Shown here one piece after another: positions 17,886 to 27,883 of a stretch of DNA of 64,000 bases. The stretch comes from Verrucomicrobiaceae bacterium (GTDB lineage Bacteria; Verrucomicrobiota; Verrucomicrobiia; Verrucomicrobiales; Akkermansiaceae). Each line of letters starts with the position of its first letter. Positions within the stretch are counted from its first letter, which is position 1. The DNA is taken from positions 160,001-224,000 of the forward strand of contig JBPOGH010000001.1 of the NCBI GenBank assembly GCA_051252135.1, written 5' to 3'. Position numbers and translations under genes: made by a program. The notes under the pieces are model-generated. The model ran no database searches. It worked only from the letters and a program-made list of their open reading frames with translations, and was not told the origin of the DNA.

Positions 17886-19046
17886 TTATCGATTGGGTGC
17901 GAGTTGGAGGGTGAACCCTTTAAGATACTCCGTTTCCGGAAGGGTGGCAATGATGGGATGATCAAGGCGCTGGGTGTGCGAATCGATCAGGCGGAGGGTG
18001 CGCTTCCCATCGACGGCCGCACTTTGGACGCTGCCAAGGAAGAGCTCCCGGCTGGCGTGGTGAGAGCAGCAGAAGGTGGCGAGGATGCCGCTGGGATTGA
18101 GAAGGCCAAGCGCGCGAAGCTGGATCTCCTTGTAGCCCCGCATGGCATCATTGACCGACTTTTTATTACGGGTGAAGGATGGAGGGTCGAGGATGATGAG
18201 GTCGTATTTTTCCTCATGCTTACGGAGGAAATCAAAGGCGTTGGAGGTGACTGTTTCGATTTCAACGCCGGAAAGTTCCGCATTACGGGCGGTGGCAGCC
18301 GTGGCATCTGCGGAAATGTCGACGGCAAGGACGGATTCGGCGCCGGCTTTGGCGCAGGCGAGAGCAAATCCCCCCTGGTTGCAGAAAACATCGAGGACTT
18401 TCTTGCCCCGGGCATGCTTTGCGACTCGGGCGTAGGAATCCATGATATCGAGATAGAGCCCGGTTTTTTGTCCGTTGGCCGGATCGATTTCAAAGGTGGA
18501 ACCCCCGTGCTCCACGGTGAAAGGAGCTGGCTGTTCTCCGTGCATCATTCGGATTTCGGGTTCGAGGCCTTCCGCTTTCCGCATTGAGGAGTCGTTCCTT
18601 AAAGTTACGGAGGTTGGTGAGAGGAGTTCCACAATGGCGGTCACGATCAGATCCTTTCGTTGATCCATTGCGAGAGTAGTCGTCTGGAGGACGAGGTGGT
18701 CGCCGTAGCGATCCAGAATGATTCCCGGGAGTCCGTCGGACTCGCTCCAGACGAGGCGGCAGAGGGAGAATTCGGTGTCGAGTGATTCCCGGTAGGCGAT
18801 GGCCTGTCCGATGCGACGGGTGAAAAATTCCAAATCGAGTTTTTGGGTGCGCCTTGAGAAGCGACGGGCCACGATCTGGGAATCGGGGTTGTAAATGGCT
18901 GATCCCAGGGGGCGGTCCTTGAAATCCTTGAGACTAATGACGTCTCCAGGCTCCGGATTTCCGAAGGTTTTCTGGATTTCAGAGGCGTAAACCCAGTCGT
19001 GGCCGTGGAAGACGCGGGAGCGGGGCTTGATGATGAGACCTGGCAT
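17886..19046 (-). CDS. rlmI: RlmI-family class I SAM-dependent rRNA methyltransferase
   Basis: GHDWVY PUA domain, SESDGLPG, GQKTG, VLDVFC..GGF, DLIILDPPSF, ETEYLK. Confidence 0.9.
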   Translation of the reverse strand: MPGLIIKPRSRVFHGHDWVYASEIQKTFGNPEPGDVISLKDFKDRPLGSAIYNPDSQIVARRFSRRTQKLDLEFFTRRIGQAIAYRESLDTEFSLCRLVWSESDGLPGIILDRYGDHLVLQTTTLAMDQRKDLIVTAIVELLSPTSVTLRNDSSMRKAEGLEPEIRMMHGEQPAPFTVEHGGSTFEIDPANGQKTGLYLDIMDSYARVAKHARGKKVLDVFCNQGGFALACAKAGAESVLAVDISADATAATARNAELSGVEIETVTSNAFDFLRKHEEKYDLIILDPPSFTRNKKSVNDAMRGYKEIQLRALGLLNPSGILATFCCSHHASRELFLGSVQSAAVDGKRTLRLIDSHTQRLDHPIIATLPETEYLKGFTLQLAPNR

Positions 19047-19149
19047 GGGCAGAGAGAAGAGTAGCCGGGCGCTAAGATCAAGCCTATGGAAGGGAACCTT
19101 TTCACTTGATCAACTGCCAATACGGCACTAAGCCCTCCTCACCAAATCT

Positions 19150-19443
19150 ATGGGCCAGCAAACAAAAACCAAAGTCAAGCGCCGTCGCAGGAAGGATTAC
19201 CTCAAGCGGAAGAAGAATCAGGCGCGCACCAGCGCTGCCGTGAAGAAGTCCGCCCCCAAGGCTGAGAAGGCTCCTGCCAAGAAGGCCGCCAAGAAAGCAA
19301 CCAAGAAGGCTGCTGCCAAGAAAGCGACCAAAAAGGCTGCCAAGAAGGCGACCAAAAAGGCCGCTGCCAAGAAGGCCGCTGCTCCAGCGAAGAAAGCAGA
19401 TGCTCCGGCAGCAGATGCCGATGCTCCTGCAGAGGAGAAGTAG
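19150..19443 (+). CDS. Small basic histone-like protein
   Basis: Arg/Lys-rich N-terminus (KVKRRRRKDYLKRKK), KKAAKKAT repeats, acidic tail; own terminator. Confidence 0.8.
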   Translation: MGQQTKTKVKRRRRKDYLKRKKNQARTSAAVKKSAPKAEKAPAKKAAKKATKKAAAKKATKKAAKKATKKAAAKKAAAPAKKADAPAADADAPAEEK

Positions 19444-19468
19444 AGTCAGGCTATTCGATCTTAATTTC

Positions 19469-19507
19469 AAAACCCACTCTGCTTCGGCCGGGTGGGTTTT
19501 CTTTTTT
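19469..19507 (+). terminator. Intrinsic terminator
   Basis: AAAACCCAC...GTGGGTTTT stem, then CTTTTTT. Confidence 0.8.
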
Positions 19508-19540
19508 GTCCGATCGGTCATTCACCTGTATTGTCTTCCA

Positions 19541-19846
19541 ATGAGTTCACAACCCAGTCTCGTTACGTTATCTTTGGCGATTGCGCAGGTGACGCTTCGG
19601 GAGCGGGCACGGCGGCGGAAGTTGATTGCCGGGGTGTTGATGGCGATTCTGGCGGTGTTTGTGGTGGGAAACTGGCCATTGGCGGATTTTTTGGGGGCGT
19701 CGATTTGGTTGATGTTGATTTGGTGGGGAGGCTGCGTCTTTTTGTGCTTCTTTTTGGCGTTGCTGGCGCTCTATGACGCATTGTCAGTGGTGAGGGAAGA
19801 GCGTGAGAAAATGGGGGTGGGGAAGGTTGAATTGCCCGAGGAGTGA
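19541..19846 (+). CDS. Small hypothetical membrane protein
   Basis: ATG at 19541 (MSSQPSLV); two TM helices after RERARRRK. Confidence 0.65.
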   Translation: MSSQPSLVTLSLAIAQVTLRERARRRKLIAGVLMAILAVFVVGNWPLADFLGASIWLMLIWWGGCVFLCFFLALLALYDALSVVREEREKMGVGKVELPEE

Positions 19847-19889
19847 TTTGCGACTTGCGAGTCTTGTGGGGGCAAGCCATCCATCAGTC

Positions 19890-21224
19890 ATGACACCTGA
19901 GCTTGAGCGACTTTTTGAGCATCTGCGCTTCCCGAGCATTTCGACAGATTCGACCCACGCAGGAGATGTGCGGGCGAATGCGGAGTGGCTGAAGGGGCAG
20001 TTTGAGGAGATGGGGCTGGCGACGGAGCTTCATGAGACGGCGAAGCATCCAATTGTGGTGGCGCGGAATGAGCACGTTGCGGGGAGACGGACGGTGCTGG
20101 TATACGGTCACTACGATGTGCAGCCGGTGGATCCGGTTGAACTTTGGGACTCGCCTCCTTTTGAGCCGGAGATCAGGGACGGGAAGATTTGGGGTCGGGG
20201 TGGTGCGGATAACAAGGGACAGCATTTTGTGCATCTATTGGGGGCGGAGCGGACGATCAGAGATGATGGTGGCCTGCCGTTGAATGTGATTTTTTTGATT
20301 GAGGGAGAAGAGGAGATCGGGTCGCCGAATTTGGTGCCATTTCTTGAGAAACATAAAGACGACCTGGCTTGCGATATTATTGCGGTGTCCGATACGGGGA
20401 TGGTGGCTCCGGGAGTGCCTACGCTGGGTTACGGTTTGAGGGGGATTACCTGCCTGGAGGTGAAGGTGAAGGGCCCATCGGGTGATTTGCACTCGGGGGT
20501 TTATGGTGGATGTGTGGCCAATCCGGCATCGGCGGCGGCGCGGATGGTGGCGAGCCTTCATGAGAATGACGGGAAGGTTGCGGTGGCGGGATTTTACGAT
20601 GAGGTCATTCCGCTGGAGGAGTGGGAAAGGAAGATGTGGGCGCAGGTTCCCGGGGCGACAGATGCCGACTTTTTGGCAGTGACGGGATCGCCAGAGGCAT
20701 TTGGCGAGCCGGGTTACACGATGGCAGAGCGACTTTGGGCGCGTCCGACGATCGAGGTGAACGGTTTTGGTTCGGGCTATCAGGGTGAGGGATCGAAGAC
20801 GGTGCTTCCTGCGGAGGCGATGTTTAAGCTCTCGTGTCGTCTGGTGCCGGGGCAGTGCCCGGACAAGGTGCAGGAGCAGGTGATTGCCCATCTGAAGCAA
20901 CACACTCCGAAGGGGGTGAGGGTGGAAATTGAGAAGGGTCACTCGGGGAAGGCTTATCATAACGATCCGCACTCGATCTTTGGGAAGGCGGCGCAGCGGG
21001 CGTTGAAGGAGAGTTTTGGGAAAGAGCCGGTTTTGATCAGGGAGGGTGGAAGCATCCCGATCATTCAGGATATGAAGGAGATTTTGGGAGCGGATTCGCT
21101 CATGTTGGGACTGGCGTTGCCTGACTGCCAAATTCACGCGCCGAATGAAAACTTCTCGGTTGAGAACTTCGAGAAGGGTATTGAAATGAGCCGCGCGTTG
21201 TTGCGCGAACTAGCAAACTCATGA
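19890..21224 (+). CDS. M20 family dipeptidase
   Basis: YGHYDVQP, GRGGADNKGQ, EGEEEIGS, DLHSG, GGSIP, HAPNE. Confidence 0.93.
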   Translation: MTPELERLFEHLRFPSISTDSTHAGDVRANAEWLKGQFEEMGLATELHETAKHPIVVARNEHVAGRRTVLVYGHYDVQPVDPVELWDSPPFEPEIRDGKIWGRGGADNKGQHFVHLLGAERTIRDDGGLPLNVIFLIEGEEEIGSPNLVPFLEKHKDDLACDIIAVSDTGMVAPGVPTLGYGLRGITCLEVKVKGPSGDLHSGVYGGCVANPASAAARMVASLHENDGKVAVAGFYDEVIPLEEWERKMWAQVPGATDADFLAVTGSPEAFGEPGYTMAERLWARPTIEVNGFGSGYQGEGSKTVLPAEAMFKLSCRLVPGQCPDKVQEQVIAHLKQHTPKGVRVEIEKGHSGKAYHNDPHSIFGKAAQRALKESFGKEPVLIREGGSIPIIQDMKEILGADSLMLGLALPDCQIHAPNENFSVENFEKGIEMSRALLRELANS

Positions 21225-22891
21225 GTGAGGAGAAAAAAGACTTTATCCGCGCGATCATCGCGGGCGATTTGGAAAGAGGGAAGCATACGGCACCGATTAC
21301 GCGGTTTCCGCCGGAGCCGAATGGTTATCTGCATATTGGGCACGCCAAGGCAATTGGGGTGAGCTTTGGTATCGCTGAGGAATATGCGGAGATTGGCGGG
21401 CGGTGCCATTTGAGATTCGATGATACGAATCCGGTGAAGGAGGACACGGAGTACGTGGAGTCGATCAAGAAGGATATCGCGTGGCTCGGATACGACTGGG
21501 GCGAGCATCTCTATTTTGCGAGTGACTACTTTGAGTATTTTTACGAGTGCGCGGTGGCTTTGATTGGGAAGGGGCTGGCATATGTCGATACGCAGACTCC
21601 GGAGGAAATTCGGGAGCAGCGCGGGACGGTAACGGTGCCCGGGAAGGAGTCGCCTCATCGATCGCGATCGGTTGAGGAGAATCTGGAGCTTTTTAAGAAG
21701 ATGCGCGACGGGGGATTCAAGGATGGTGGCGCCGTGTTGAGGGCCTCGATCGATATGGCATCGGGGAATATGAACATGCGGGACCCGGTTCTTTATCGGG
21801 TGCTTCATGCGACGCATCACAAGACGGGCGATGCCTGGTGCATTTATCCGATGTATGACTTTGCCCATCCACTCGAGGATGCGAAGGAGCACATCACGCA
21901 TTCTCTCTGTTCGCTGGAGTTTGAGAACCATCGGCCTCTTTACGACTGGGTGGTGTATCACTGTCCGACGGATTCGAAGCCCCGGCAGATTGAATTTGCG
22001 CGGTTAAACATCGGCTACACCGTGATGAGTAAGCGGAAGTTTATCCAGCTGGTGGAAGAAGGGCATGTATCGGGTTGGGATGATCCGAGGATGTCGACGT
22101 TGAGCGGAATGAGAAGGCGTGGGTATCCGCCGGAGGCGATTCGCCTCTTTGTGAAGCGGGTGGGGCTGACGAAGCAGAATTCTCTGACCGATCTTTCGCT
22201 GCTGGAGTTTGAGATTAGGGACTACCTGAACAAGGTTGCCTTGCGGAAGATGGCGGTGCTTGATCCGGTGAAGGTCGTCGTTACGAACTACCCGGAGGAT
22301 GGAGGCGAACTGGTAACCATCCCCAATAATCCCGAGAATGAGGAGGACGGTGAGCGGGAGTTGAGTTTTGGCCGGGAAATCTGGATCGAGCGGGATGACT
22401 TTCTGATTGATGCGCCCAAGAAATTCTTCCGATTGAAGCCGGGTGGAGCGGTGCGTTTGCGTGGCGCTTACATCATTCAACATCAGGGCCATGTAGTGGA
22501 TGCCGACGGGAAGGTGACCGAGATTCACTGTGAGTTCATTCCTGATACGATCGGGCAGCCTGCTCCGGAAGGAGTGCAGTGCCGAACGGCAATTCATTGG
22601 GTTCCGGTGAAGGAAGCTGTGGATGCCGAAGTGCGCTTGTATGACCGACTTTTCTCGGAGGAGGTGCCGGATAGTGCCGAGGGAGGTTTCCTTGCGGCGC
22701 TCAATCCTGAGAGCCTGGTGGTGCTTCAGGGGGCGAAGGTTGAGCCGGGTCTTGCGTCGATGGAGCCTGGCGAGCGTTGCCAGTTCGAACGCCTTGGGTA
22801 TTTCTGCGCGGACAGCGAGGATCATGATCCTGCGAAGCCCGTGTTTAATCGAATCGTGACTCTGCGGGATTCGTGGGGGAAAAAGCATTAA
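21221..22891 (+). CDS. glnS: Glutamine--tRNA ligase
   Basis: TRFPPEPNGYLHIGHAK, YPMYDFAH, VMSKRK, GWDDPRM, QFERLGYF. Confidence 0.97.
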   Translation: MSEEKKDFIRAIIAGDLERGKHTAPITRFPPEPNGYLHIGHAKAIGVSFGIAEEYAEIGGRCHLRFDDTNPVKEDTEYVESIKKDIAWLGYDWGEHLYFASDYFEYFYECAVALIGKGLAYVDTQTPEEIREQRGTVTVPGKESPHRSRSVEENLELFKKMRDGGFKDGGAVLRASIDMASGNMNMRDPVLYRVLHATHHKTGDAWCIYPMYDFAHPLEDAKEHITHSLCSLEFENHRPLYDWVVYHCPTDSKPRQIEFARLNIGYTVMSKRKFIQLVEEGHVSGWDDPRMSTLSGMRRRGYPPEAIRLFVKRVGLTKQNSLTDLSLLEFEIRDYLNKVALRKMAVLDPVKVVVTNYPEDGGELVTIPNNPENEEDGERELSFGREIWIERDDFLIDAPKKFFRLKPGGAVRLRGAYIIQHQGHVVDADGKVTEIHCEFIPDTIGQPAPEGVQCRTAIHWVPVKEAVDAEVRLYDRLFSEEVPDSAEGGFLAALNPESLVVLQGAKVEPGLASMEPGERCQFERLGYFCADSEDHDPAKPVFNRIVTLRDSWGKKH

Positions 22892-22895
22892 TTTT

Positions 22896-24113
22896 GTGAG
22901 TCAGCGAGCATCGTGGATAGGACACCGGTACTGGGTAGCGGTGGTCTTTTTTTTGCTCGCAGGGGCACCGGGTTTTTGGTTTCCGGCCCTGAGTAATGTG
23001 CTGGATAGTTACGGTCTGGGTGAGTGGACCGAGGTGGCATTTTTACTCCCCAGTGTGATGGGGATGGTGACGCCAATGATCCTTGGGGCCCAGGTGGATC
23101 AGAGATTTCAGGCCCAGAAGGTTTTGGGGATTGTGATGATCAGCGGTGCGGTCTTTTTGTTTCTGGCGTTCTATGCGATTGAGAAAGGGTGGGGAGGAGG
23201 ATGGTTCATCACCTTCTTTGCGATCAACGCCTTCATCAGTGCTCCGGCGTGGTCCTTGCTGATAACGATTGCCTTGGCCGGGCTTGATGATCCGAAGAAA
23301 ACCTTTGGGCTTTATCGGGTCTGGGGGACTTTGGGTTGGATGATTGCGGGAGGGATCGTGAGTTTTGCAGAGATCGATTTTTCTCCGGCGACGGGCCAGA
23401 TTGCGTCGGGGCTACGGGTGGTGGCCGGGGTTTGTTGTTTCTTGATGCCGGTGGTGATTCCAAAGGGAGCGGCGAAATCGCTGGGCGATGCGCTGGGGTT
23501 TGGAGCGGTGAAGATTCTGAGAGATCGGGATCAATTGGTCTACTTTGTGACGGCCTTCATTTTTCATATTCCATTGGCTTCGCTTTATATCCATACGCCG
23601 ATGATGCTCCGCGAGATGGGGGTGACGGCGGTGAGCGGGACGATGGCGGTTGCGCAAGTGGTGGAAACATTTGCGATGCTGAGTATGGGCTTCGTAATTG
23701 CCCGGTTTCGGGTGAAGTGGATTTTGTTTGTGGCGATCTTTTTCGGCTTGGCCCGTTATGCCCTTTGCGGGGTGGGGGATCACTTTGGTCAAATTGGCTG
23801 GGTGATTTTAGGGGTGATGCTGCATGGGATTTCGTGGACCTTTTTCGTGGAGGCCGGACGGGTGTTTATTGATCGGCGGGTGGAGCCGGGAATGCGTGGT
23901 CAGGCCCAGGCCCTCATGAGCTTTGTGAGCTCAGGTCTGGGCGGGGTGCTTGGAGTGCTCGTGGTGAAATATCTTCACTCGACTCTGGTGGACGCCCCGG
24001 GAGCCCCGGGCTGGGTGGCCTACTGGAACGCGTTGACCCTGATGTGCCTGGTCGCCTTGGGGCTTTTCGGTTTTGGGTATCGAGGTCTCAAAGGTCGGCC
24101 AGAAGACGAGTGA
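22896..24113 (+). CDS. MFS transporter (nucleoside:H+ symporter-like)
   Basis: About 12 TM helices; RVWGTLGW, LHGI, RGQAQAL. Confidence 0.85.
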   Translation: MSQRASWIGHRYWVAVVFFLLAGAPGFWFPALSNVLDSYGLGEWTEVAFLLPSVMGMVTPMILGAQVDQRFQAQKVLGIVMISGAVFLFLAFYAIEKGWGGGWFITFFAINAFISAPAWSLLITIALAGLDDPKKTFGLYRVWGTLGWMIAGGIVSFAEIDFSPATGQIASGLRVVAGVCCFLMPVVIPKGAAKSLGDALGFGAVKILRDRDQLVYFVTAFIFHIPLASLYIHTPMMLREMGVTAVSGTMAVAQVVETFAMLSMGFVIARFRVKWILFVAIFFGLARYALCGVGDHFGQIGWVILGVMLHGISWTFFVEAGRVFIDRRVEPGMRGQAQALMSFVSSGLGGVLGVLVVKYLHSTLVDAPGAPGWVAYWNALTLMCLVALGLFGFGYRGLKGRPEDE

Positions 24114-25206
24114 ACCAATCGGCTCCGGCTTCGAGGTCGGCGATCGAGATGAACTCGTCCGCGGTATGGGCCTGGTCAATGGAACCCGGGCCAATGCAGA
24201 TGGAGGGGAGACCGGCAGCCGAGAGGTGCGCGGCATCAGAGAACCAAGGAGCTCCGGAGAGCTTGAGTTGCGGGTGAATTGTAGCGAGCCGTTGAAGCCA
24301 AGGATGATTCGGGACCATGTCCATGGGTGGGAATTCGGAGGCATCGGCAAGGGTGACACCCGATCCTTCGAGAAAGTCAGCAAGGTGCTGAGTGGCTGTT
24401 TTTTCGACAAGCATCTCCGGGACGGTGCGGAAATCCAAGGTGGCGGAGGCTGAGTCGGGAACGATATTGGTCCGGCTGCCACCTTGGATAGTGCCGATAT
24501 TGACCGTGCCGCCTCCGAGAATGGGGTGAGTGAATTCAGCAAGCCGGGGGGCGAACTCTTGCATGAGGCGGTGAAGCGTGCCGGTGAGGGCGAGAATGGC
24601 ATTTTCACCGAGATGTGGTTGGGAGGCGTGAGTGGCTTGGCCTTTGGATTCGAGGGTGGCCCACAGACAGCCCTTGGTGCAGTAGACGGCCTCCAATGAT
24701 GTGGGTTCGCCGATGATGGCGAACTCGTAGTCCGACGCGTGATTTTTCGCAAAATGGCGGGATCCCGGTTGGCTGGATTCCTCGCCCATGAAGCCGACAA
24801 AATCGATCCCAATATCCATGTCCGCGAGGCGGTGTGCGTTCTGTTTGATCCCCCAAAGCATGGCCGCCATTGGGCCCTTGGTGTCAGAAGCGCCCCGGCC
24901 CCATATTTTTCCTTCGCGAATTTCGGCGGCGAATGGGTCGATGGTCATGCCAGTGATACTCACGGTATCGAGATGCGGTCCAAGGAGAATGCGGGGCCGG
25001 GAGTCGCTACCCGGTGCACGGGCAATCAAGTTGGGACGGCCTGATTCTATTTCTTCCAATTCACACTGGTAACCAAGGGGTTTCAGGTAATCGGCGAGGA
25101 AATCAGCCATTGCGGCTTCTCCTCCCGGGGAGCTGCCGGGGTCACCATCGGGGTTGACCGAAGGGATCCGGATCAAGGATTGGAGCAACTCGACGACCGA
25201 TTTCAT
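24088..25206 (-). CDS. M20 family metallo-hydrolase (ArgE/DapE-like)
   Basis: LIRIPSVNP, HLDTV, GRGASDTKG, GEE, GEPT, GPGSIDQAHTADE. Confidence 0.9.
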   Translation of the reverse strand: MKSVVELLQSLIRIPSVNPDGDPGSSPGGEAAMADFLADYLKPLGYQCELEEIESGRPNLIARAPGSDSRPRILLGPHLDTVSITGMTIDPFAAEIREGKIWGRGASDTKGPMAAMLWGIKQNAHRLADMDIGIDFVGFMGEESSQPGSRHFAKNHASDYEFAIIGEPTSLEAVYCTKGCLWATLESKGQATHASQPHLGENAILALTGTLHRLMQEFAPRLAEFTHPILGGGTVNIGTIQGGSRTNIVPDSASATLDFRTVPEMLVEKTATQHLADFLEGSGVTLADASEFPPMDMVPNHPWLQRLATIHPQLKLSGAPWFSDAAHLSAAGLPSICIGPGSIDQAHTADEFISIADLEAGADWFTRLLADL

Positions 25207-25286
25207 GAAAGAGAAATAGCGTGAATTGCGTTGTAAGGAATCTTTTAGTCTTGGCAACTTAAGCTAGGGCAGTTCACATCTGACTT

Positions 25287-26192
25287 ATGAAAAACCGCAT
25301 CACACTCGGATTTACAATTCTGGCTCTTCTCAGCTTTGCCTGGATGAGTTTCGCCAAGACGGAAACCCCTTCTGACCAGGGGAAACTGAAGGTTCTTATT
25401 CTGGATGGGCAAAATAACCACAATTGGCAATCGACGACTCCGGTCATGAAGCATGCTTTTGAATCGAGCGGGCGATTCACAGTCGACGTATCAACGAGCC
25501 CAGGGAAAAAGGGCAGCGAGGCGGAATGGGCCAAGTGGAGACCGGAATTTGCAAAATATGATGTGGTTGTTTCGAACTACAACGGGCAAATGTGGCCCGG
25601 TGAAGTACGCGACGGGTTTGTGAAGTATGTTAAAAATGGCGGCGGGTTCGTTGTCGTCCATGCCGCTGACAATGCGTTTGGTCTCTGGCCTGAATATAAT
25701 GAGATGATTGGTCTGGGTGGCTGGGGAGGGCGGAATGAGAAATCTGGGCCTTACGTCTATTTTAAGGGGGACGATCTGGTCCGTGACGAATCGAAAGGTA
25801 AGGGAGGAAATCACGGGCCACAGCATGAGTTTGTGGTGACGAATCGGGCTGCGGATCACCCTGTGACCAAGGGGATGCCTGAGAAATGGCTTCACACAAA
25901 AGATGAGCTCTACGACATGCTCCGCGGGCCTGCGAAGAATATGACGATTCTGGCGACGGCTCCCAGTGAGAAGACCAAGCGTGATGAGCCGATGCTGATG
26001 GCGCTTGATTACAATCAGGGACGCGTTTTTCACACGACGTTGGGTCATGCGGACTATTCGATGCTTTGCAAGGGATTCTATACCACTCTTCAGCGTGGAG
26101 CGGAATGGGCCGCTGGCGAGGAAGTGACCGTGGCGTGGCCCAAGGATTTCCCTTCGGAAGATAAAATCTCTCCGGTTGAACTTCCCGAGTAG
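25287..26192 (+). CDS. ThuA-domain secreted protein
   Basis: Signal peptide; [39 protein letters not shown]. Confidence 0.88.
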   Translation: MKNRITLGFTILALLSFAWMSFAKTETPSDQGKLKVLILDGQNNHNWQSTTPVMKHAFESSGRFTVDVSTSPGKKGSEAEWAKWRPEFAKYDVVVSNYNGQMWPGEVRDGFVKYVKNGGGFVVVHAADNAFGLWPEYNEMIGLGGWGGRNEKSGPYVYFKGDDLVRDESKGKGGNHGPQHEFVVTNRAADHPVTKGMPEKWLHTKDELYDMLRGPAKNMTILATAPSEKTKRDEPMLMALDYNQGRVFHTTLGHADYSMLCKGFYTTLQRGAEWAAGEEVTVAWPKDFPSEDKISPVELPE

Positions 26193-27065
26193 ATGGGATT
26201 GCTTCTTTCGGGGGCAATTGGGCTCCCGTTAATTGGTGCGGCACTTCACCCGTTGCTTGGGTGGTGCATTCAGCGGGGTTCGGTCGCAGGTGTTAGGCTG
26301 GGCCTGATTGTTGGGATCGCCAATCTGATCACGGCTCTGATATTTTTCGCCTACCTCCGGCCGGAGATGGAGTTCAAGATCAGCGGCAAGGATTGGTTGG
26401 CGATTGGCAATGGAGGCCTCTTTTTTCTGGGGCAGTGGTTTTCGATCCAATCGGTGAAATCGGGTGACTTGGCGGTTCATTCATCCGCATTGGGGGTGAA
26501 GGTGCTGATCGTTGCATTGTTTTCGATTTTGGTTGGGCTGGAGTCCGGGACCACGGGTCTCATTGCGGGGGTCATTCTTTCGGTGGTTTCCGTGTTTCTG
26601 GTGGCCGGGGGAAGTGCCGAAGGATGGAGGATTCACCGCAAAACTGTGTGGCTGACATTGGTAGCTTGCCTCTTTTTTGGAATGAACGATTTTTTGACCG
26701 GTTGGCAGGCTCAAGATATCGGAGGCGAGCGGTGGTTGTGTCTCATGATGGGGACAAGCGGTGTGATCTCCTTGGGATTCGTGTTCCGAAGAAGGGAGTC
26801 ATTGAGATTCGTTGCGACAAAGCCAGGTGTGGCGCTTATCGTGTTGGGAGCGGGGTTGGCGCTGGGTGTGCAGGCACTCTGTGTGAACATTGCCTTCAGT
26901 GAATATAGACAACCTGCTTTGAGTAATGTTTTCTACGCTTCCCGCGGATTGATGGCGGTGCTCTTTCTGCTGATGATTGGAAAGAAGGCCGATGTCAGAT
27001 TCCGTGGCAGGCAAATGGCGGGGTCATTTCTAATGATAATCGCTCTGGCGCTTGTCCTCATGTAG
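26193..27065 (+). CDS. DMT/EamA-like transporter
   Basis: About 10 TM helices in 290 aa with two-repeat pattern. Confidence 0.7.
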   Translation: MGLLLSGAIGLPLIGAALHPLLGWCIQRGSVAGVRLGLIVGIANLITALIFFAYLRPEMEFKISGKDWLAIGNGGLFFLGQWFSIQSVKSGDLAVHSSALGVKVLIVALFSILVGLESGTTGLIAGVILSVVSVFLVAGGSAEGWRIHRKTVWLTLVACLFFGMNDFLTGWQAQDIGGERWLCLMMGTSGVISLGFVFRRRESLRFVATKPGVALIVLGAGLALGVQALCVNIAFSEYRQPALSNVFYASRGLMAVLFLLMIGKKADVRFRGRQMAGSFLMIIALALVLM

Positions 27066-27123
27066 GCACGGTGGATTATTCTCCTTGAGGGATACCTGAG
27101 CAGGTGTCATCAGTAGTTCGCTT

Positions 27124-27294
27124 ATGAAAAAAGTAATGTTTGTTTTCGTCTCAGCTGCAGCTTTTGCGCTGGCTTCCTGTTCATCCACCGTCACCAGCAG
27201 CTCGTGCTGTTCGAAAGACGGGTGTAATTCTTCCGCTTCCAGCAAGTGTGCGAAAGGATGTCAAAAGAGCTGCTGCGCGAGCAAATCCAACTAA
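27124..27294 (+). CDS. Small Cys-rich lipoprotein (metallothionein-like), below ORF-track cutoff
   Basis: Manual translation: MKKVMFVFVSAAAFALAS-CSSTVTSSSCCSKDGCNSSASSKCAKGCQKSCCASKSN*; clean lipoprotein signal with lipobox LASC; 56 aa. Confidence 0.8.
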   Translation: MKKVMFVFVSAAAFALASCSSTVTSSSCCSKDGCNSSASSKCAKGCQKSCCASKSN

Positions 27295-27387
27295 GACACA
27301 TCATCTTTAGCCGATTGGAGTGGTTAACGGTTGGTTGCCATTCTCCACACCAAAAGGCCCCAAATTTCTGTTGGGGGAACAGCAGAA

Positions 27388-27423
27388 TGCAAGAGGTTGG
27401 CTCTCCGGAGCCGGCCTCTTGCA
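27388..27423. terminator. Strong hairpin between convergent genes
   Basis: TGCAAGAGGTTGGCTC-TCCG-GAGCCGGCCTCTTGCA; no clear U-tract. Confidence 0.55.
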
Positions 27424-27441
27424 ATGTACAGACTTTTGCAT

Positions 27442-27852
27442 CTAGATGTTCTGCAAGGCGAGCTTCTTCATTTGCCCAGCCATCAGGGTGAGCGCATTGG
27501 CCCGCGTAGGAGCGAGGTGCTCTTTCAAGCCCGTCTGATCGATAAAAGAAAGGTCGGCTTTAACGATTGCCTCCGGAGTTTCCTGATCGAGGATTCGAAC
27601 AAAGAGCGCGATCATTCCTTTGGTGATGACGGAGTCTGAATCTGCGAGGAAATGCATTATTCCATCCCGAAATTCTCCTGTTAACCAGACCTGGGACTGG
27701 CAGCCCTTGATGATGGTATCGGGGGTTTGGAGAGCCTCATCCATAGGCGGAAGCTTCTTGCCCAGGCCAATGACGTATTCGTATCGCTCGGTCCAATCCT
27801 GAAAGAGATCGAGTTCTTCGAGAAGCTCCTGCTGTTTTTCTGCAATGGTCAC
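27442..27852 (-). CDS. sufE: SufE family sulfur acceptor
   Basis: DWTERYEYVIGLGKKL, IKGCQSQVW, ADSD, LAPTRAN. Confidence 0.95.
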   Translation of the reverse strand: MTIAEKQQELLEELDLFQDWTERYEYVIGLGKKLPPMDEALQTPDTIIKGCQSQVWLTGEFRDGIMHFLADSDSVITKGMIALFVRILDQETPEAIVKADLSFIDQTGLKEHLAPTRANALTLMAGQMKKLALQNI

Positions 27853-27883
27853 GGCGGAGAGGTAGGCGAGGATGCGAATAAAA

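Noticed and set aside
27191..27491. ORF-track ORFs 27191-27424, 27246-27491 and 27030-27245
   Set aside because: No protein-like features; the 27124-27294 lipoprotein and a hairpin explain the interval better.
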